Source: a virus (lineage: Duplodnaviria; Heunggongvirae; Uroviricota; Caudoviricetes). From it: a DNA stretch of 45,106 nt. The translations under genes were made by a program, and so were the position numbers. Under the pieces are notes generated by a model. The model was not told the origin of the DNA, made no database searches, and saw only the letters and a list, made by a program, of their open reading frames with translations. This document shows, one piece after another, positions 1 through 11,470 of this stretch. Position 1 is the first letter of the stretch. Every line of letters begins with the position of its first letter. The DNA lies in the IMG/VR virus record IMGVR_UViG_2541047951_000008. One strand, written 5' to 3'.

Positions 1-483
1 ATGACGAAGAAAAAAGCACATAAACCTGGTTCAGCGACCATCGCGCTTAACAAGCGCGCCCGTCACGAATACTTTATCGAAGAAGAGTTCGAAGCGGGAC
101 TTGCCCTGCAAGGCTGGGAGGTTAAATCCCTGCGCGCAGGAAAAGCCAATATCAGCGACAGCTATGTCCTTCTGCGCGACGGAGAGGCATTTCTGTTTGG
201 CGCTAACATCACGCCAATGGCTGTGGCCTCCACGCATGTGGTGTGCGATCCTACCCGTACCCGCAAGTTACTTCTCAACCAGCGCGAACTGGACTCATTG
301 TACGGTCGCGTCAATCGAGAAGGCTATACCGTAGTGGCGCTCTCCCTGTACTGGAAAAATGCCTGGTGCAAAGTGAAAATCGGCGTCGCCAAAGGTAAGA
401 AACAGCACGATAAACGTTCAGATATCAAAGAACGCGAATGGCAGGTGGATAAAGCGCGTATCATGAAAAATGCCCACCGTTAA
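1..483 (+). CDS. smpB: SsrA-binding protein SmpB
   Basis: 160-aa ORF recognised as enterobacterial SmpB ([47 protein letters not shown]...); sits directly upstream of the tmRNA gene as in E. coli. Confidence 0.97.
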
Positions 484-697
484 ACCTATATAAGCGATAC
501 TAATCAAATCCTCACCGCGCCTCCCTATCCGGTGGCGCGAATGAACATCTTATCGACTGTCAAATCTGACACAGATGTAGCCATCCCATTGCTTAATCGA
601 AAAAAAATCATACTATGCAGGCGCTAATTCCAGGATGATAACGCCTTTTGGGCTAGTCATGCTGCTCATAAATCTGGTATACTTACCGTTACACATT

Positions 698-1060
698 GGG
701 GCTGATTCTGGATTCGACGGGATTTGCGAAACCCAAGGTGCATGCCGAGGGGCGGTTGGCCTCGTAAAAAGCCGCAAAAAATAGTCGCAAACGACGAAAA
801 CTACGCTTTAGCAGCTTAATAACCTGCTTAGAGCCCTCTCTCCCTAGCCTCCGCTCTTAGGACGGGGATCAAGAGAGGTCAAACCCAAAAGAGATCGCGT
901 GGAAGCCCTGCCTGGGGTTGAAGCGTTAAAACTTAATCAGGCTAGTTTGTTAGTGGCGTGTCCGTCCGCAGCTGGCAAGCGAATGTAAAGACTGACTAAG
1001 CATGTAGTACCGAGGATGTAGGAATTTCGGACGCGGGTTCAACTCCCGCCAGCTCCACCA
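698..1060 (+). ncRNA. ssrA: tmRNA (transfer-messenger RNA, 363 nt)
   Basis: Begins GGGGCTGATTCTGGATTCGACGGG and ends GGTTCAACTCCCGCCAGCTCCACCA (tRNA-like acceptor/T-arm with CCA); internal tag reading frame at 787-819 GCAAACGACGAAAACTACGCTTTAGCAGCTTAA encodes ANDENYALAA-stop, the E. coli tag peptide. Confidence 0.95.
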
Positions 1061-1188
1061 ATCATGATTGGACGGTGTAAGGACAACACCAAGAAAAACA
1101 GGAAGTTAGCAGTCTCAGCAGGACACCGACCAGACGGTGAGGAGACAAAAAAGGATACGCAAAGGAGCCGCGGCTCCCGAGTGACTTG

Positions 1189-1216
1189 AAAGCCCACAGA
1201 TGTGGGCTTTTTTTCG
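1189..1216 (+). terminator. Rho-independent terminator-like hairpin downstream of ssrA
   Basis: AAAGCCCACA-GAT-TGTGGGCTTT stem-loop followed by a T-run (TTTTTTTCGTTT). Confidence 0.45.
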
Positions 1217-1952
1217 TTTCATCTGCATAAATGGCTATACATCAGCCGCCACACACGTAGCAACAGCTTTAATTGCTTTACCAGCTTCTCTATATCTTAC
1301 TTAGCATATATATCTTTATGTCATAACTAAAAGTTAGGTAACTCATTGATTTAGGTAGTACCGAAAATGGGGACGCCCCTACGATCTTAGCATTACGAAT
1401 TATAAGAATTCGCTTCTAATTCAATGCATTACCCCATCAACACTGCGCTCACACGTCCCACTACATCAAAACATGTAAAGCCTTGCAAGCCATTGTGAGG
1501 CCTTATGTGTCTCAGTTTTGTCCCACTACGACCTGCATAACCAATAAAAAGATAGACGTGATGTCAAACGACGCAGCAGCCTTCTTTTCTTTCACAACTT
1601 CCCCATCCCCAGCATGCATACCTTTCTGCCATAACCGTAGTGAATGTCTGTTATGAGCTGTGAGTTCAACGGGTCAATGCAACGCTATCCTTAATCAAGG
1701 GAAGTCGGTCATCAGTTTGAGGGCTTCAGATGGAAACCTCGAACAAACCCGAGCCCCTACGGCAAATAAAAGAATAAAACTCTGAAAATTTTTGTTTTGT
1801 TGTACAATATTTGTATACCAAGGGAATCTAGCTTTAGATAGTTAAAAAAAATTGACACACTTTGAAATAATATTGTAGATTTATTGTTAAATATTAAATA
1901 AGTACACGTTGCTTCTGTATCAAACCATCAAAAATGTGATCGGAGGGGCTGT

Positions 1953-3995
1953 ATGAGTATTCTCAAGAAAGGAATTATGGAAGATCAACGTTTATTGGCA
2001 TCTGCAGCTCTTTTTCGTCAATTACATGAAAATAAGAAAGATATATACGATGTTTTAGCTCAGTTCCTATGTTCAACTATAGTCATACATCAGTTATGGG
2101 AGTTCGACGTAACTAAGTGCTCTCAGGAACTAAATTCTGACTATGGATTTGATATACCTGAAGCTGTAGTGAAATCATGTCTAAAAAACAGACTCAAGAA
2201 AATAGGTTTGTTGGAATTTAAAAATGGCAAATATTATGTTACTGAAAAATTTGATAGAAACAATAATCTAAAAGCAAGTTACGAGCAAGTAAAGGAAGAA
2301 CAAGACTATATAAAAAACTTGCTCATTCAATTCGTTAAGTCCTTTAGTAAAGAAGAACTTAATCTAGAGCAGATTGAAGAGCTATTATCAGATTTTTATT
2401 CATATTTTATTCATGACAGAAAGCAGAGTGAGAACTCCGTAGTTATCAGTCAGTTCATCATTCAGAATTCAAAAGACCCTCTGTTCACCGATAAGTTAAA
2501 CAAGGTTGAAGAAGGACTAATTCTTTACGGTGGGATCTGTTATAACTCAGACTTAGTGAATGCTGAGCCATGGAGGAATGATTTTCAAATAGTTCTTGAT
2601 ACGGAATTATTATTTGATGCTGTAGGATTAAATGGCGATATTCATTATCGTATGTTTGAAGAATTTCTATTATTAGTCAAGGGGTTACGAGACCGCTCAG
2701 GAAATAAATCAAAAATAGAATTAAAGTACTTTGAAGAAACACAAAGCGAAGTTGAAAGTTACTTTTATGCAGCAGAAAAGATTTTCGAGCGTAATCAACA
2801 TCCAGACCCATCTAAGACTGGAATGATCAATCTACTACAAAGCTGTTCTACAAAATCAGACATCACAATAAAAAAAATAGAGTTTTTTGAAAAACTAGGA
2901 AAAATGAAAATTTCTCTTGATGCTAACACTGATTATTACGATAAGCCGGAGTATAATATTGAAAGCACCTCTACACTTGATAAACTAAAAAGAGAATTCC
3001 CAGATTATGAATTGGATAAAATTGCTGATACTTTAAAAATTTTCACAAAGATAAATTACAAAAGAAAAGGAAGAAGCAATATAAAGTTAGAGCAAACTGG
3101 AGCCCTACTCATCACGGGTAAAAATATAACCAAATCCCTATCACATTACTTTTCTACTCAAGGAGAAAGAACAATACCATTCGCAGCCACTTTAGACTAT
3201 ATAACTGAGAGATTATGGTTTAAGTCTCATAAGGGGTTTGCTAATGGAGTGAAATTACCTACGACTTTTGATGTAGTTGCTAGAGCACAAGTTATTCTTT
3301 CTACACAGGTGGCAGCAAAAGTCGCTAATGTATACAAAGATATGAAAGGTTCTGTCGCGAGTGGAGCCATGTCAAAAGAGACTGCAGCCAACTTGGTTAT
3401 AGAGTTGAGAAGCAAAAATTTACAGCCGGAGGGATTTGTACCGGATCTGGTTGAGGATATCATGAGTTTTATGGATGAAGATGTAATAGAAAATGCACTT
3501 AGGACAAAATCTTTACTCGAAATTCGGGCTAAGCAAGGTATCGAAAGTGAAAAACAAGTTGAGGTTCTTCAGAAAAAACTTGAAGAAATAAGTGCAGACA
3601 AAAATGAACTTGTCATCAAATCGAATCTAGAAAAAGCTGCCACTATAACTGAAGCCCAGGCCTTGGTTAGAAATGTAATAATTCAGACACGAATCCGTGA
3701 GGGTGCAAAATTAAAAAGAAATGCCAAATTAAAATATAAACTCATTCGTTCTGTTTATTTTATGTTATTAGTAACCATACCTGTTTCATTTATTGCGTAT
3801 TTTAATGTCCCGTCGGACACGGTGGTTAGCGTCGCTTCATTAATATCAGGCGTTATTCCTTTGTTCTTCGTTGCTGCCATGTTTAAACCGATAGAAAAAT
3901 TAACTTCTCGGATTGTTATAACGGGGTTCAAAAGAAAAATCAAAAAAAGAAATGAAGTTCATTCTGTTGATAATCTTCTTCTCACTATGCATTAA
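1953..3995 (+). CDS. Hypothetical 680-aa protein: large soluble N-terminal region, coiled-coil-like segment, two predicted C-terminal transmembrane helices; AT-rich cargo gene
   Basis: Long ORF with GGAGG Shine-Dalgarno 6 nt upstream of ATG (cggaggggctgtATG); visibly AT-rich codon usage unlike flanking phage genes; C-terminus LIRSVYFMLLVTIPVSFIAYFNV ... VVSVASLISGVIPLFFVAAMF hydrophobic; no family recognised by eye. Confidence 0.6.
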   Translation: MSILKKGIMEDQRLLASAALFRQLHENKKDIYDVLAQFLCSTIVIHQLWEFDVTKCSQELNSDYGFDIPEAVVKSCLKNRLKKIGLLEFKNGKYYVTEKFDRNNNLKASYEQVKEEQDYIKNLLIQFVKSFSKEELNLEQIEELLSDFYSYFIHDRKQSENSVVISQFIIQNSKDPLFTDKLNKVEEGLILYGGICYNSDLVNAEPWRNDFQIVLDTELLFDAVGLNGDIHYRMFEEFLLLVKGLRDRSGNKSKIELKYFEETQSEVESYFYAAEKIFERNQHPDPSKTGMINLLQSCSTKSDITIKKIEFFEKLGKMKISLDANTDYYDKPEYNIESTSTLDKLKREFPDYELDKIADTLKIFTKINYKRKGRSNIKLEQTGALLITGKNITKSLSHYFSTQGERTIPFAATLDYITERLWFKSHKGFANGVKLPTTFDVVARAQVILSTQVAAKVANVYKDMKGSVASGAMSKETAANLVIELRSKNLQPEGFVPDLVEDIMSFMDEDVIENALRTKSLLEIRAKQGIESEKQVEVLQKKLEEISADKNELVIKSNLEKAATITEAQALVRNVIIQTRIREGAKLKRNAKLKYKLIRSVYFMLLVTIPVSFIAYFNVPSDTVVSVASLISGVIPLFFVAAMFKPIEKLTSRIVITGFKRKIKKRNEVHSVDNLLLTMH

Positions 3996-4341
3996 ATTAT
4001 TGGATTTATGATTTTATGCTAAGGGAGAGGGGCTCCCTTTCAGTAAACTAAACAATCAATTTGCACATTATGCATCGCTTTGTACCCTATTAATTCATAT
4101 CAAATAGTCCAAGTAACTCGACATCAATGATAGAAATAAAAAACTACCGTTTCTGGCACATAGCAGCCCTAGAAATAGTGGCGTGCAGTTATAGATGGTC
4201 GGAAGGAGGTGGTGCAAATTCTCTCATACAAAAAATACGTAAAATCGATAACGGCTGGAAATCATTCAATACTCGCACTATCGGAAGTTCACCAGCCAGC
4301 CGCAGTATTCTGCCATGACAAGTTGCTGCGGCTTTTTATGT

Positions 4342-4629
4342 TTAACGGATAAACAGCCAGACCAGCAGACACGCCACTACCGGCACAGCAAAATCCATCA
4401 GGCTTGCCACATCCCACGCGCGCGGATCAAAACCGCCCCACCACGGCATATTCATACGCTTGCCATGCCCGAACATTTCAATCCAGCGATATTCTGCCTG
4501 GGTATGTTCACGCGCAATGAAGAACGTACAACCGGCTATCGCTCCGTAAGCCCAGTTTCCGGTAAAAAGACCAACCAGTATCTGCGCAGCCACAGCACAA
4601 AGTGCATGAAGTAAGGGGCTTATATCCAT
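4342..4629 (-). CDS. Small hydrophobic (membrane) protein, prophage accessory
   Basis: 95-aa ORF preceded on the minus strand by AGGAGG (gctgaaAGGAGGaaataATG); hydrophobic stretches at both ends; same strand and tight spacing with the upstream phage ORF. Confidence 0.55.
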   Translation of the reverse strand: MDISPLLHALCAVAAQILVGLFTGNWAYGAIAGCTFFIAREHTQAEYRWIEMFGHGKRMNMPWWGGFDPRAWDVASLMDFAVPVVACLLVWLFIR

Positions 4630-4641
4630 TATTTCCTCCTT

Positions 4642-4920
4642 TCAGCTCCATTCCCGAAGCGGTGTTTCCAGCTCCACGACATAATCAGAGAATACAGAAA
4701 CATCAAACAAGTCATCAAGAATGCGAATGTTGACAAAATAACCATCATTCCGGATACAGACAGGTTCTCCCTCTTCTGTTACCCCTGTTTCTGTGTAGGT
4801 GAAACCAATTTCATCAACTAACAGTTTATTCTGGAGGTCTTCATCTTCCGCCCAGCCAAGAGATGACAGGAAGGCCTTAAACTGCAGTTTGTCATGAAAC
4901 TTCAAAGTTAAATCTTTCAT
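4642..4920 (-). CDS. Hypothetical acidic protein downstream of the tail fibre gene
   Basis: 92-aa ORF whose start overlaps the tail fibre stop (4917-4920), suggesting co-translation; function not recognised. Confidence 0.5.
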   Translation of the reverse strand: MKDLTLKFHDKLQFKAFLSSLGWAEDEDLQNKLLVDEIGFTYTETGVTEEGEPVCIRNDGYFVNIRILDDLFDVSVFSDYVVELETPLREWS

Positions 4921-6980
4921 ACGACCTCTTTTAATTGCCTGTCATTTAATTCTTTATGCCATATGCGGAAATTGCGAATATGGCCAAACAGATGTCGTTC
5001 TCCAGTATTCGTCTGCCCTCCAAATCGGATATTTTTATCAGCGGTCACACCATTATATTCACAATAAACTTCATTAACCGCTTTACCATTTGTCACCACA
5101 TGAAAGTGACCATCAGCTTTTGCAATACATCCAAATGTGGTTTTCTCTGCAAATACATCTGTCGCTGCGCTATTAACATACGAGCCTGAAGGGTTTGACA
5201 GACTCATATATAACTTACCACTACCTCTGTTGACTGCTGCAATTGCTGATTGCCCGGTATTGGCTGCTGCTATATCCCACACGCGGGGTGCGGCGTTTGG
5301 TGCAATATCCCAGTTTTTATGAATCTCAAGTAAAAAAGTAAATGGTAACTTATAAAGATTATTTCTGGTGGGGATACTAACCAAATCACTGGCTCTTGTC
5401 GTTGCGCTGCCTCCTGAAATAATAAATGATGATACACACGGCCCATTCTCTACTTGTGGGGTGGCAAGATAAATATAGTCACCAGATACTGTTGCCCCAC
5501 CCTTCTCAGGAGAATACTGTATCTGAGAGCCTATTTTTAACTCACCATCAATTGCCTGAATCGTTGCCTCTGCAAAAATCCAGCCCGTGGTCTTATCCTT
5601 CCTGACTCGTGCCGTAATTCTGCCGGCAGCACCACCTGTCATATTAATTTCAAGCGTTTGCGTATCAATGTACGCATCGCCAAGAAAAGTTGTTGCACTT
5701 CCGTCATATTTATCAAACCGGATTCGCAACCTTACCTGCAGTTCTGTTTTAAAGCGACATGAGGTTGTCACGTATTTATTATCGCCTGAGACATCAACTG
5801 ACTTTGTTGCAGCAATTGATGCCATATTAATAGCCGAAGTTTGCCCAACCAGAGAATCGTTGCAGACAAACTTTCCATAAGTAAAACCAAAACTATCCCT
5901 CCCGGTTTCGGGCACATCCATGTTTGATGACTTCCCCCAGCTGGCTGGACTTTCCGAATTGAGCATGTAGTTCGTTCTTTGTCCCTCAATAAGCAGGCCA
6001 TCACACTCAAATCGCGGCTCATTAATTTCCGCCGTTTTCAGTTCGCCAGATTTGTTGATATATGTTGCCGTTGATGCGCGACTGAAATTAACCTGTTTAT
6101 CACTGGCGACCTGAACCACATCGTCACCAATAGCTATTTTTTTATAGCCCGGAGAAAAACCCGCAATCATATCCAGTGAATCGTTAAACGGTATCCACAC
6201 ATCAGGCAGCGGCGGCACTATATTCGCACAGGGCTCTGCAGTCACTTCCGCTGCGGCTTCTGCGCGGTCTGCCGCCTTTTCAGCTCGTGTCGCTGCCGAC
6301 AGAGCCTCATCCTTTTTCTGCCCGGCCTTTGTTGCGTCTGCTGCAGCCTCCCGCGCTTTTGTGGTGGCGACTCCGGCATTTTCAGCGGCTGACTCTGCAT
6401 TACGGCGGGAAGCCTCTTCACTGTCTGCGGAGGCTTCTTCTGACGCACGGGCATTTGTCTCTGAACGTTCTGCCGCTGTTGCTGCGTTTTGTGCGGCTGT
6501 TTTTGAAGAAGCTGCCGCTTTCGCGCTGTTACCTGCATTCGTCTCTGATGTTTTCGCCGCGTTCCTGGACGATGCCGCTGCTGTTTCTGATTTCTTTGCT
6601 GCCGCTGCGCTCTGAGAGGCGGCTTCAGCGTTGCGTGCCACATCCTCCACCATTTCCTGAAAACGGCGCAATGCCTCCGGCATGACATCATCTTCCGTCA
6701 TGGCACCGAGAAAATCATTCAGCGTCCCCGGACTGGAACCTTCATAGACGGTAATGGTCCCAACATGTGATGGCTGAGAACCCTCAATCCACAGGATGAC
6801 GCTGTACTGACCATACTCAACGTCCATACTGTAACGCCCGGCTTCATCAGGATTTTCAGAGGCCACCGTGTTCACCAGTACCGTGGTGCTGTTACGCTTT
6901 GCCTTCAGTTGAATAGTGCAGTTCTGTATTGGTTTTCCCGCACCATCTTTCAGCACACCTGAGATTTTTACTGCTGCCAT
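4917..6980 (-). CDS. Phage tail fibre protein with Ala-rich low-complexity central region
   Basis: N-terminus MAAVKISGVLKDGAGKPIQNCTIQLKA typical of E. coli lambdoid prophage tail fibres; located after lom; probable ATG at 6980 with GGAGTGG upstream (track ORF extends to 6986 with a GTG codon). Confidence 0.8.
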   Translation of the reverse strand: MAAVKISGVLKDGAGKPIQNCTIQLKAKRNSTTVLVNTVASENPDEAGRYSMDVEYGQYSVILWIEGSQPSHVGTITVYEGSSPGTLNDFLGAMTEDDVMPEALRRFQEMVEDVARNAEAASQSAAAAKKSETAAASSRNAAKTSETNAGNSAKAAASSKTAAQNAATAAERSETNARASEEASADSEEASRRNAESAAENAGVATTKAREAAADATKAGQKKDEALSAATRAEKAADRAEAAAEVTAEPCANIVPPLPDVWIPFNDSLDMIAGFSPGYKKIAIGDDVVQVASDKQVNFSRASTATYINKSGELKTAEINEPRFECDGLLIEGQRTNYMLNSESPASWGKSSNMDVPETGRDSFGFTYGKFVCNDSLVGQTSAINMASIAATKSVDVSGDNKYVTTSCRFKTELQVRLRIRFDKYDGSATTFLGDAYIDTQTLEINMTGGAAGRITARVRKDKTTGWIFAEATIQAIDGELKIGSQIQYSPEKGGATVSGDYIYLATPQVENGPCVSSFIISGGSATTRASDLVSIPTRNNLYKLPFTFLLEIHKNWDIAPNAAPRVWDIAAANTGQSAIAAVNRGSGKLYMSLSNPSGSYVNSAATDVFAEKTTFGCIAKADGHFHVVTNGKAVNEVYCEYNGVTADKNIRFGGQTNTGERHLFGHIRNFRIWHKELNDRQLKEVV

Positions 6981-6990
6981 ATCCACTCCA

Positions 6991-7018
6991 CAAAAAAGCC
7001 CGCCTGAACCGGCGGGCT
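6991..7018 (-). terminator. Rho-independent terminator between lom and tail fibre gene
   Basis: On minus strand AGCCCGCC-GGTTCA-GGCGGGCT hairpin followed by TTTTTTG. Confidence 0.5.
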
Positions 7019-7044
7019 GTCATAACACTGTGTTGCCTGGTTAA

Positions 7045-7644
7045 TCAGAATTTATAACCGACACCAACGATGAAACCGTCAGTGCGCCAGTCGCCACTGC
7101 CGGAACCTTCATAAGCAATATCAATGGCCACGGATTCGGTCGGGTTAAACTGCACGCCAGCCCCCCACGCCAGAGACGTGTCGCTGTAGCGACCGTCATC
7201 ACTTCCGGTCAGCACATCGTCCGTTTTCCCCTTGTTATCAGTTACGCGGAGATAATCCCCGGAGAAAGTCGACACACGGCTGTAAGCCACGCCCGCCATC
7301 GCATACGTGCTGAACCATTCATTCACGCGTACAGACGGCCCCGCCATCATGCTGAACCAGCGGTTACGCACGGAATCTTCATGCCAGCGGGTATCGCTGT
7401 AGTGCGTTTTTTGCTCATCCTCAGCATTGGCATAACTGAAGGACGTAATCAGCCCCAGCGCGTCCGTAAACTCATAACGGTATTTCACGTTAATCCCGTT
7501 CAGATTATCGCTGCCGGGAGCGTTCGTACGGGCATGAAGATACCCCGCGCTCAGTGTGGACTGATGTTCAGACGCCCATGCAGGCGCACCGGATACGGAC
7601 AGACAGATGGCTGCGGACAAAATGGCTGCACATAATTTACGCAT
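7045..7644 (-). CDS. lom: Lom-like outer membrane protein (Ail/Lom family beta-barrel)
   Basis: 199 aa with signal peptide MRKLCAAILSAAICLSVSGAPAWA, C-terminal ...GVGYKF typical of OMP beta-barrels; lambda-like position after J; GAGG RBS upstream. Confidence 0.85.
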   Translation of the reverse strand: MRKLCAAILSAAICLSVSGAPAWASEHQSTLSAGYLHARTNAPGSDNLNGINVKYRYEFTDALGLITSFSYANAEDEQKTHYSDTRWHEDSVRNRWFSMMAGPSVRVNEWFSTYAMAGVAYSRVSTFSGDYLRVTDNKGKTDDVLTGSDDGRYSDTSLAWGAGVQFNPTESVAIDIAYEGSGSGDWRTDGFIVGVGYKF

Positions 7645-7711
7645 AATTACCTCTCGCTTTTCTGCAATAAAAAAGGCGCCATTTCTGGCGCCCGTATTGG
7701 GGTTATAAAAT

Positions 7712-10700
7712 TCAGCTAATCGTGATGCCTGCAGTGGCTTTCTTCATCACAACAACCAGCAAATCGCTGATACTTGCTGTGGGATACCAGCCATTTACCC
7801 ACCATGCTGATACAGAAAACTCCAGCGTCATGTCGCCGCGACCAGCAGGCATATCAATAACACCACTGTAAACCAGCGTATTATCCATCGCGGTACGGTT
7901 ATAAATTTCAGCACTGTTTTTCTTCACTATCAGGCGGCATGACGAATAAGTATCGCTGTTCTCCCGCTCATGTCTGGCACCGCTGAAAGCCACCGCCGGA
8001 ATAACAATCTGCCGGTTAAACGGCTGATCGTCATAAACCCTGACGGTAATGGTTCCTGATGGCCAACGCTTCGGTGCACGGGAGTCACGAGGGAAAGCCT
8101 TACCCACTGTTTTAACGAGATCGCCTTCAATCTGGTTTGCAGACAGTTTCCCTCTGATGACACAGTTCTCGTTAATGGTGACATTATTGAGCGTGCCGGT
8201 ATTCGCCGTGATGGCTCCACTGATATCCGCATTGCGGGCTGTCAGCCTGCCATCCGGCGTCAGGGAAAACGTCGGAGGATTGCCGGATGACGTGATGCTC
8301 ACCGCAAACAGTCGCTTCAGGAACACGTCGTTCATGAACAGCTGATTCCCCTGCGCCACAAACAGCGGCGTGGTGTTGCCGTTCTCCGGGGTAATCATCG
8401 CAATGCGATCGGCCTGCAGCAGAATGTTACTCAGGGTCTGACCATCAACATCCTCAATCCCCGCACCAATCCCGGCCACATAGGGAATACCGTTTTTTGT
8501 TTTCTGCACCTTCAGCATATACATGGCATTCAGCTCATTGCGCGTGTCTGACTGAACCCGCTGGATTTGCTGTATGGTCACGGCCTGGTCACCCAGCTTT
8601 TTATCCGTGGTCGAGGTAATTTCACTCCCTTTTTTATCCACGTACTGGCGGACCTGTGCTATCTGTCGGGCGTTTTCTGACTGCCCCTGGCTGACAGTCT
8701 GTGAGATTTCACTGCTCACCCGGTCCACTTTCTGGCTCACCTGCGCGATGGCCAGTGTCTGATCCTCATTCTTTTTCGCAACCAGCTGCGTGAGGCTGTT
8801 TTCCGCCTTCCCGATTTTCCGGGTCACTTCTGCGATATCCGTGTCCATCCGCTGACGGATATCTTCTTCCAGTTGCGTGACCTCCATACGCAGCGCTGAA
8901 GCATCAATGCGCTCTTTCAGTGCCTGACCCAGAAGCGTCTCATCTATCAGCCCCCGGAAAATTTCCAGATACCCTTCACCATCATTGCTGGGCTGCCCGC
9001 TGGCTTCCACAAAAGCAGATTTTCCCACCAGGTTGACGCTTCGCACGTAAAACCAGAAATCCGTCCCCGGCTTAATCCGGCTCCCCTGGACAGTCCACTG
9101 ACTGCCGGTCCCCAGATAACGGGCAGATTTTTCCACCTGTGCTGTGTTCGTGATGCGTTTTTCTGAGAACCAGAATTCAAACTGTACCGTCGGGTCATAC
9201 ACCGCAAGACGCGGGACCGCCGTTATCTGAAAATACCCCGGCGTCAGCTCAATGGTGGCGGGTTTTGCAGGTGCGTTAATCCGGAACGATACCGACGCCG
9301 GATCGCCCTGCTGTCCCCGGGCATTTACCGCCCGGACCGTCAGCGTGTAACGCCCCAGCGCCAGCTGCCTGAAGCGGTAAGTGGTTTCCGCCGTCCGGGC
9401 CGTGCTGACCAGCCGCTCACTGCCGTCATCCGCTGTTACGGTCAGACGGAGCAGGAAGCTCACGCCCTTCACCACCTTCGGCGTGTCCCAGCGCGCCAGC
9501 ACCTGATATTCCCCGCTGTCTGCGGTGACTTCGGCGGTCAGGTGCTGCACCGCTGGCGGCGTGACACCATTCACCGTGCCGCTCTGGTCGCCGTCAAAGT
9601 GCGCTCCGTTATCCACGATGGCCTCTTTTTCCGGCACATGCTGCACGGCGGTGATGGCATACGTGCCGTCGTCGTTCTCACGGATACTCACGCAGCGGAA
9701 CAGTCGCTGGCGCAGCGTCGGCAGCTTCAGCCCCCATACGCTGTATTCAGCAACACCGTCAGGAACACGGCTCACTTTTACCTTCACGCCGTCGGTGACG
9801 GACTGAACCTCCACGCTGACCGGATTGCCACTTCCGTCAACCAGGCTTATCAGCGTGGTACCGGAGGATGGCAGCGTGATTTCACGGTCGAGCGTCAGCG
9901 TCCGGGTCTGGCTGTTCACCGCCAGCACTCGCCCGCCGGTGCTGATACCGGCATAGTCATCATCGCAGATTTCAATGACATCGCCCGGTACATGGCGAAG
10001 CCCTTCAGCACCCACGCTGAAGTCCACGGTCTGCGTTTCCAGCAGCTCCGTTTTAATCAGCCACAGCCCGGCGCGGTGTGCCTGCCCCCGACTGGTACAG
10101 CCAAAGGCATCCATCTTCGTGACGTTACGACCGTAACGGAGAATGGCCTGCGTATCTTCAACAAGCTCTGTCGCCGTCTCCCAGCCGTTATCCGGGTCAA
10201 TCCAGTTCACCTCAACGGCATTATGGCGGTCCTTCAGGGCGCTGAAGCTGTAGCGGAACGGCGCGCCATCATCCGGCATCACCACATTACTGCGGTTATA
10301 GGTCCACACCTTATCCGACGGTCGGTCCTGCACGAACGTCAGCGTCTGCCCGTTCCATACCGGCATACAGCGCATCGCCGAACAGAAATCACTGAGCACA
10401 TCCCACGCCTTACGCTGTGTGGTCAGGTACGCATTACAGGTGATGCGCGGCTCCGTGCCACCAAAACCATCCGGCACCGACTGGTCGCAATACTGTCCGA
10501 TGACATACAGCGCCCATTTGTCCACATCCGCCGCACCAAGACGTTTCCCCATGCCGTAGCGCGGATGGGTCAGCATATCCCACAGACACCATGCCATGTT
10601 GTTGCTGTATGCCGGTTTAAACGTTCCGTCCCAGATACCGCTGTATTGCCGCCTCTGCGGGTTATAGTTCGACGGCACCTGCAGAATGCGCCCGCGAAGA

Positions 10701-11410
10701 TGATAATTACGACTCACCTGCTGGCTGCCGAACTGTTCCGAGTCCACCTGCACGCCGACCAGTGCCGTGTTCGGGTAGCACTGTTTCACATCGATGATTT
10801 CGGTGTATGACGACCAGAGCGTTTTGTTCTGCAGCTGGTCTGTGGTGCTGTCCGGTGTCATCCTGCGCATCCGGATATTGAACGGGCGCGGAGGCAGATT
10901 ATCCACCACCACCGAGGCCAGATACTGCGAGGTGGTTTTGCCCTTAATGGTGATGTCTTTTTCCGTCACCCAGCCACCGTTACGTTGTATCTGAACCAGC
11001 AGGCGAACTTCCGACGGATTCCGGTCCCCCTTTGAAGTGGTTTCCACCAGAGCCTGCACACCGAAGGTAAAGCGCAGACGGTCGATGTTTGCAGACGTGA
11101 TGGTCCGGGTGATCGGCGTGTCATATTTCACTTCCGTACCCAGCACCGTCTCGGATCCGGAGGATTCAAAACCCTCCGGCGGTGTCTGCTCCTGCTCACC
11201 TGCCCGGAACACCACCGTGACACCGGCGATGTTGGTATTCCCTTCACTGTCCAGCACCGGCGTACTGTTCAGCAGCACGCTTTTTAATCCATCCACCGGA
11301 CCTTCTATCGGTCCTTCGCTGATGGCATCGATCACACTCAGTAACTGCGTGGATTTCAGGTTGTCCTTCGCTTCGCGCGGGGTATGCCCCTTACTGCTGC
11401 CTTTACCCAT
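7712..11410 (-). CDS. J: Host specificity / central tail fibre protein J
   Basis: 1232 aa, N-terminus [37 protein letters not shown] matches lambda gpJ; synteny I-J-lom. Confidence 0.95.
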   Translation of the reverse strand: MGKGSSKGHTPREAKDNLKSTQLLSVIDAISEGPIEGPVDGLKSVLLNSTPVLDSEGNTNIAGVTVVFRAGEQEQTPPEGFESSGSETVLGTEVKYDTPITRTITSANIDRLRFTFGVQALVETTSKGDRNPSEVRLLVQIQRNGGWVTEKDITIKGKTTSQYLASVVVDNLPPRPFNIRMRRMTPDSTTDQLQNKTLWSSYTEIIDVKQCYPNTALVGVQVDSEQFGSQQVSRNYHLRGRILQVPSNYNPQRRQYSGIWDGTFKPAYSNNMAWCLWDMLTHPRYGMGKRLGAADVDKWALYVIGQYCDQSVPDGFGGTEPRITCNAYLTTQRKAWDVLSDFCSAMRCMPVWNGQTLTFVQDRPSDKVWTYNRSNVVMPDDGAPFRYSFSALKDRHNAVEVNWIDPDNGWETATELVEDTQAILRYGRNVTKMDAFGCTSRGQAHRAGLWLIKTELLETQTVDFSVGAEGLRHVPGDVIEICDDDYAGISTGGRVLAVNSQTRTLTLDREITLPSSGTTLISLVDGSGNPVSVEVQSVTDGVKVKVSRVPDGVAEYSVWGLKLPTLRQRLFRCVSIRENDDGTYAITAVQHVPEKEAIVDNGAHFDGDQSGTVNGVTPPAVQHLTAEVTADSGEYQVLARWDTPKVVKGVSFLLRLTVTADDGSERLVSTARTAETTYRFRQLALGRYTLTVRAVNARGQQGDPASVSFRINAPAKPATIELTPGYFQITAVPRLAVYDPTVQFEFWFSEKRITNTAQVEKSARYLGTGSQWTVQGSRIKPGTDFWFYVRSVNLVGKSAFVEASGQPSNDGEGYLEIFRGLIDETLLGQALKERIDASALRMEVTQLEEDIRQRMDTDIAEVTRKIGKAENSLTQLVAKKNEDQTLAIAQVSQKVDRVSSEISQTVSQGQSENARQIAQVRQYVDKKGSEITSTTDKKLGDQAVTIQQIQRVQSDTRNELNAMYMLKVQKTKNGIPYVAGIGAGIEDVDGQTLSNILLQADRIAMITPENGNTTPLFVAQGNQLFMNDVFLKRLFAVSITSSGNPPTFSLTPDGRLTARNADISGAITANTGTLNNVTINENCVIRGKLSANQIEGDLVKTVGKAFPRDSRAPKRWPSGTITVRVYDDQPFNRQIVIPAVAFSGARHERENSDTYSSCRLIVKKNSAEIYNRTAMDNTLVYSGVIDMPAGRGDMTLEFSVSAWWVNGWYPTASISDLLVVVMKKATAGITIS

Positions 11411-11470
11411 TCGTCATGCTCCATAAACGACAAAACCGCCCGCAGGCGGTTTCACATAAAACATTTTGCA

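Noticed and set aside
4315-4614. 99-aa plus-strand ORF opposite the small membrane-protein gene
   Set aside because: The minus-strand ORF has a consensus AGGAGG RBS and operon continuity with the tail-fibre-side genes; the plus-strand ORF has neither.
6242-6691. Overlapping ORFs on both strands (149, 132, 84 aa) inside the tail fibre gene
   Set aside because: They arise from the Ala-rich, GC-rich low-complexity region of the tail fibre (runs of GCx codons), which stays open in several frames; the tail fibre frame is the supported one.
9542-10810. 422-aa plus-strand ORF inside the J gene
   Set aside because: Antisense to the well-supported lambda-like J coding sequence; Arg/His-rich composition typical of reverse-frame artefacts in GC-rich coding DNA.
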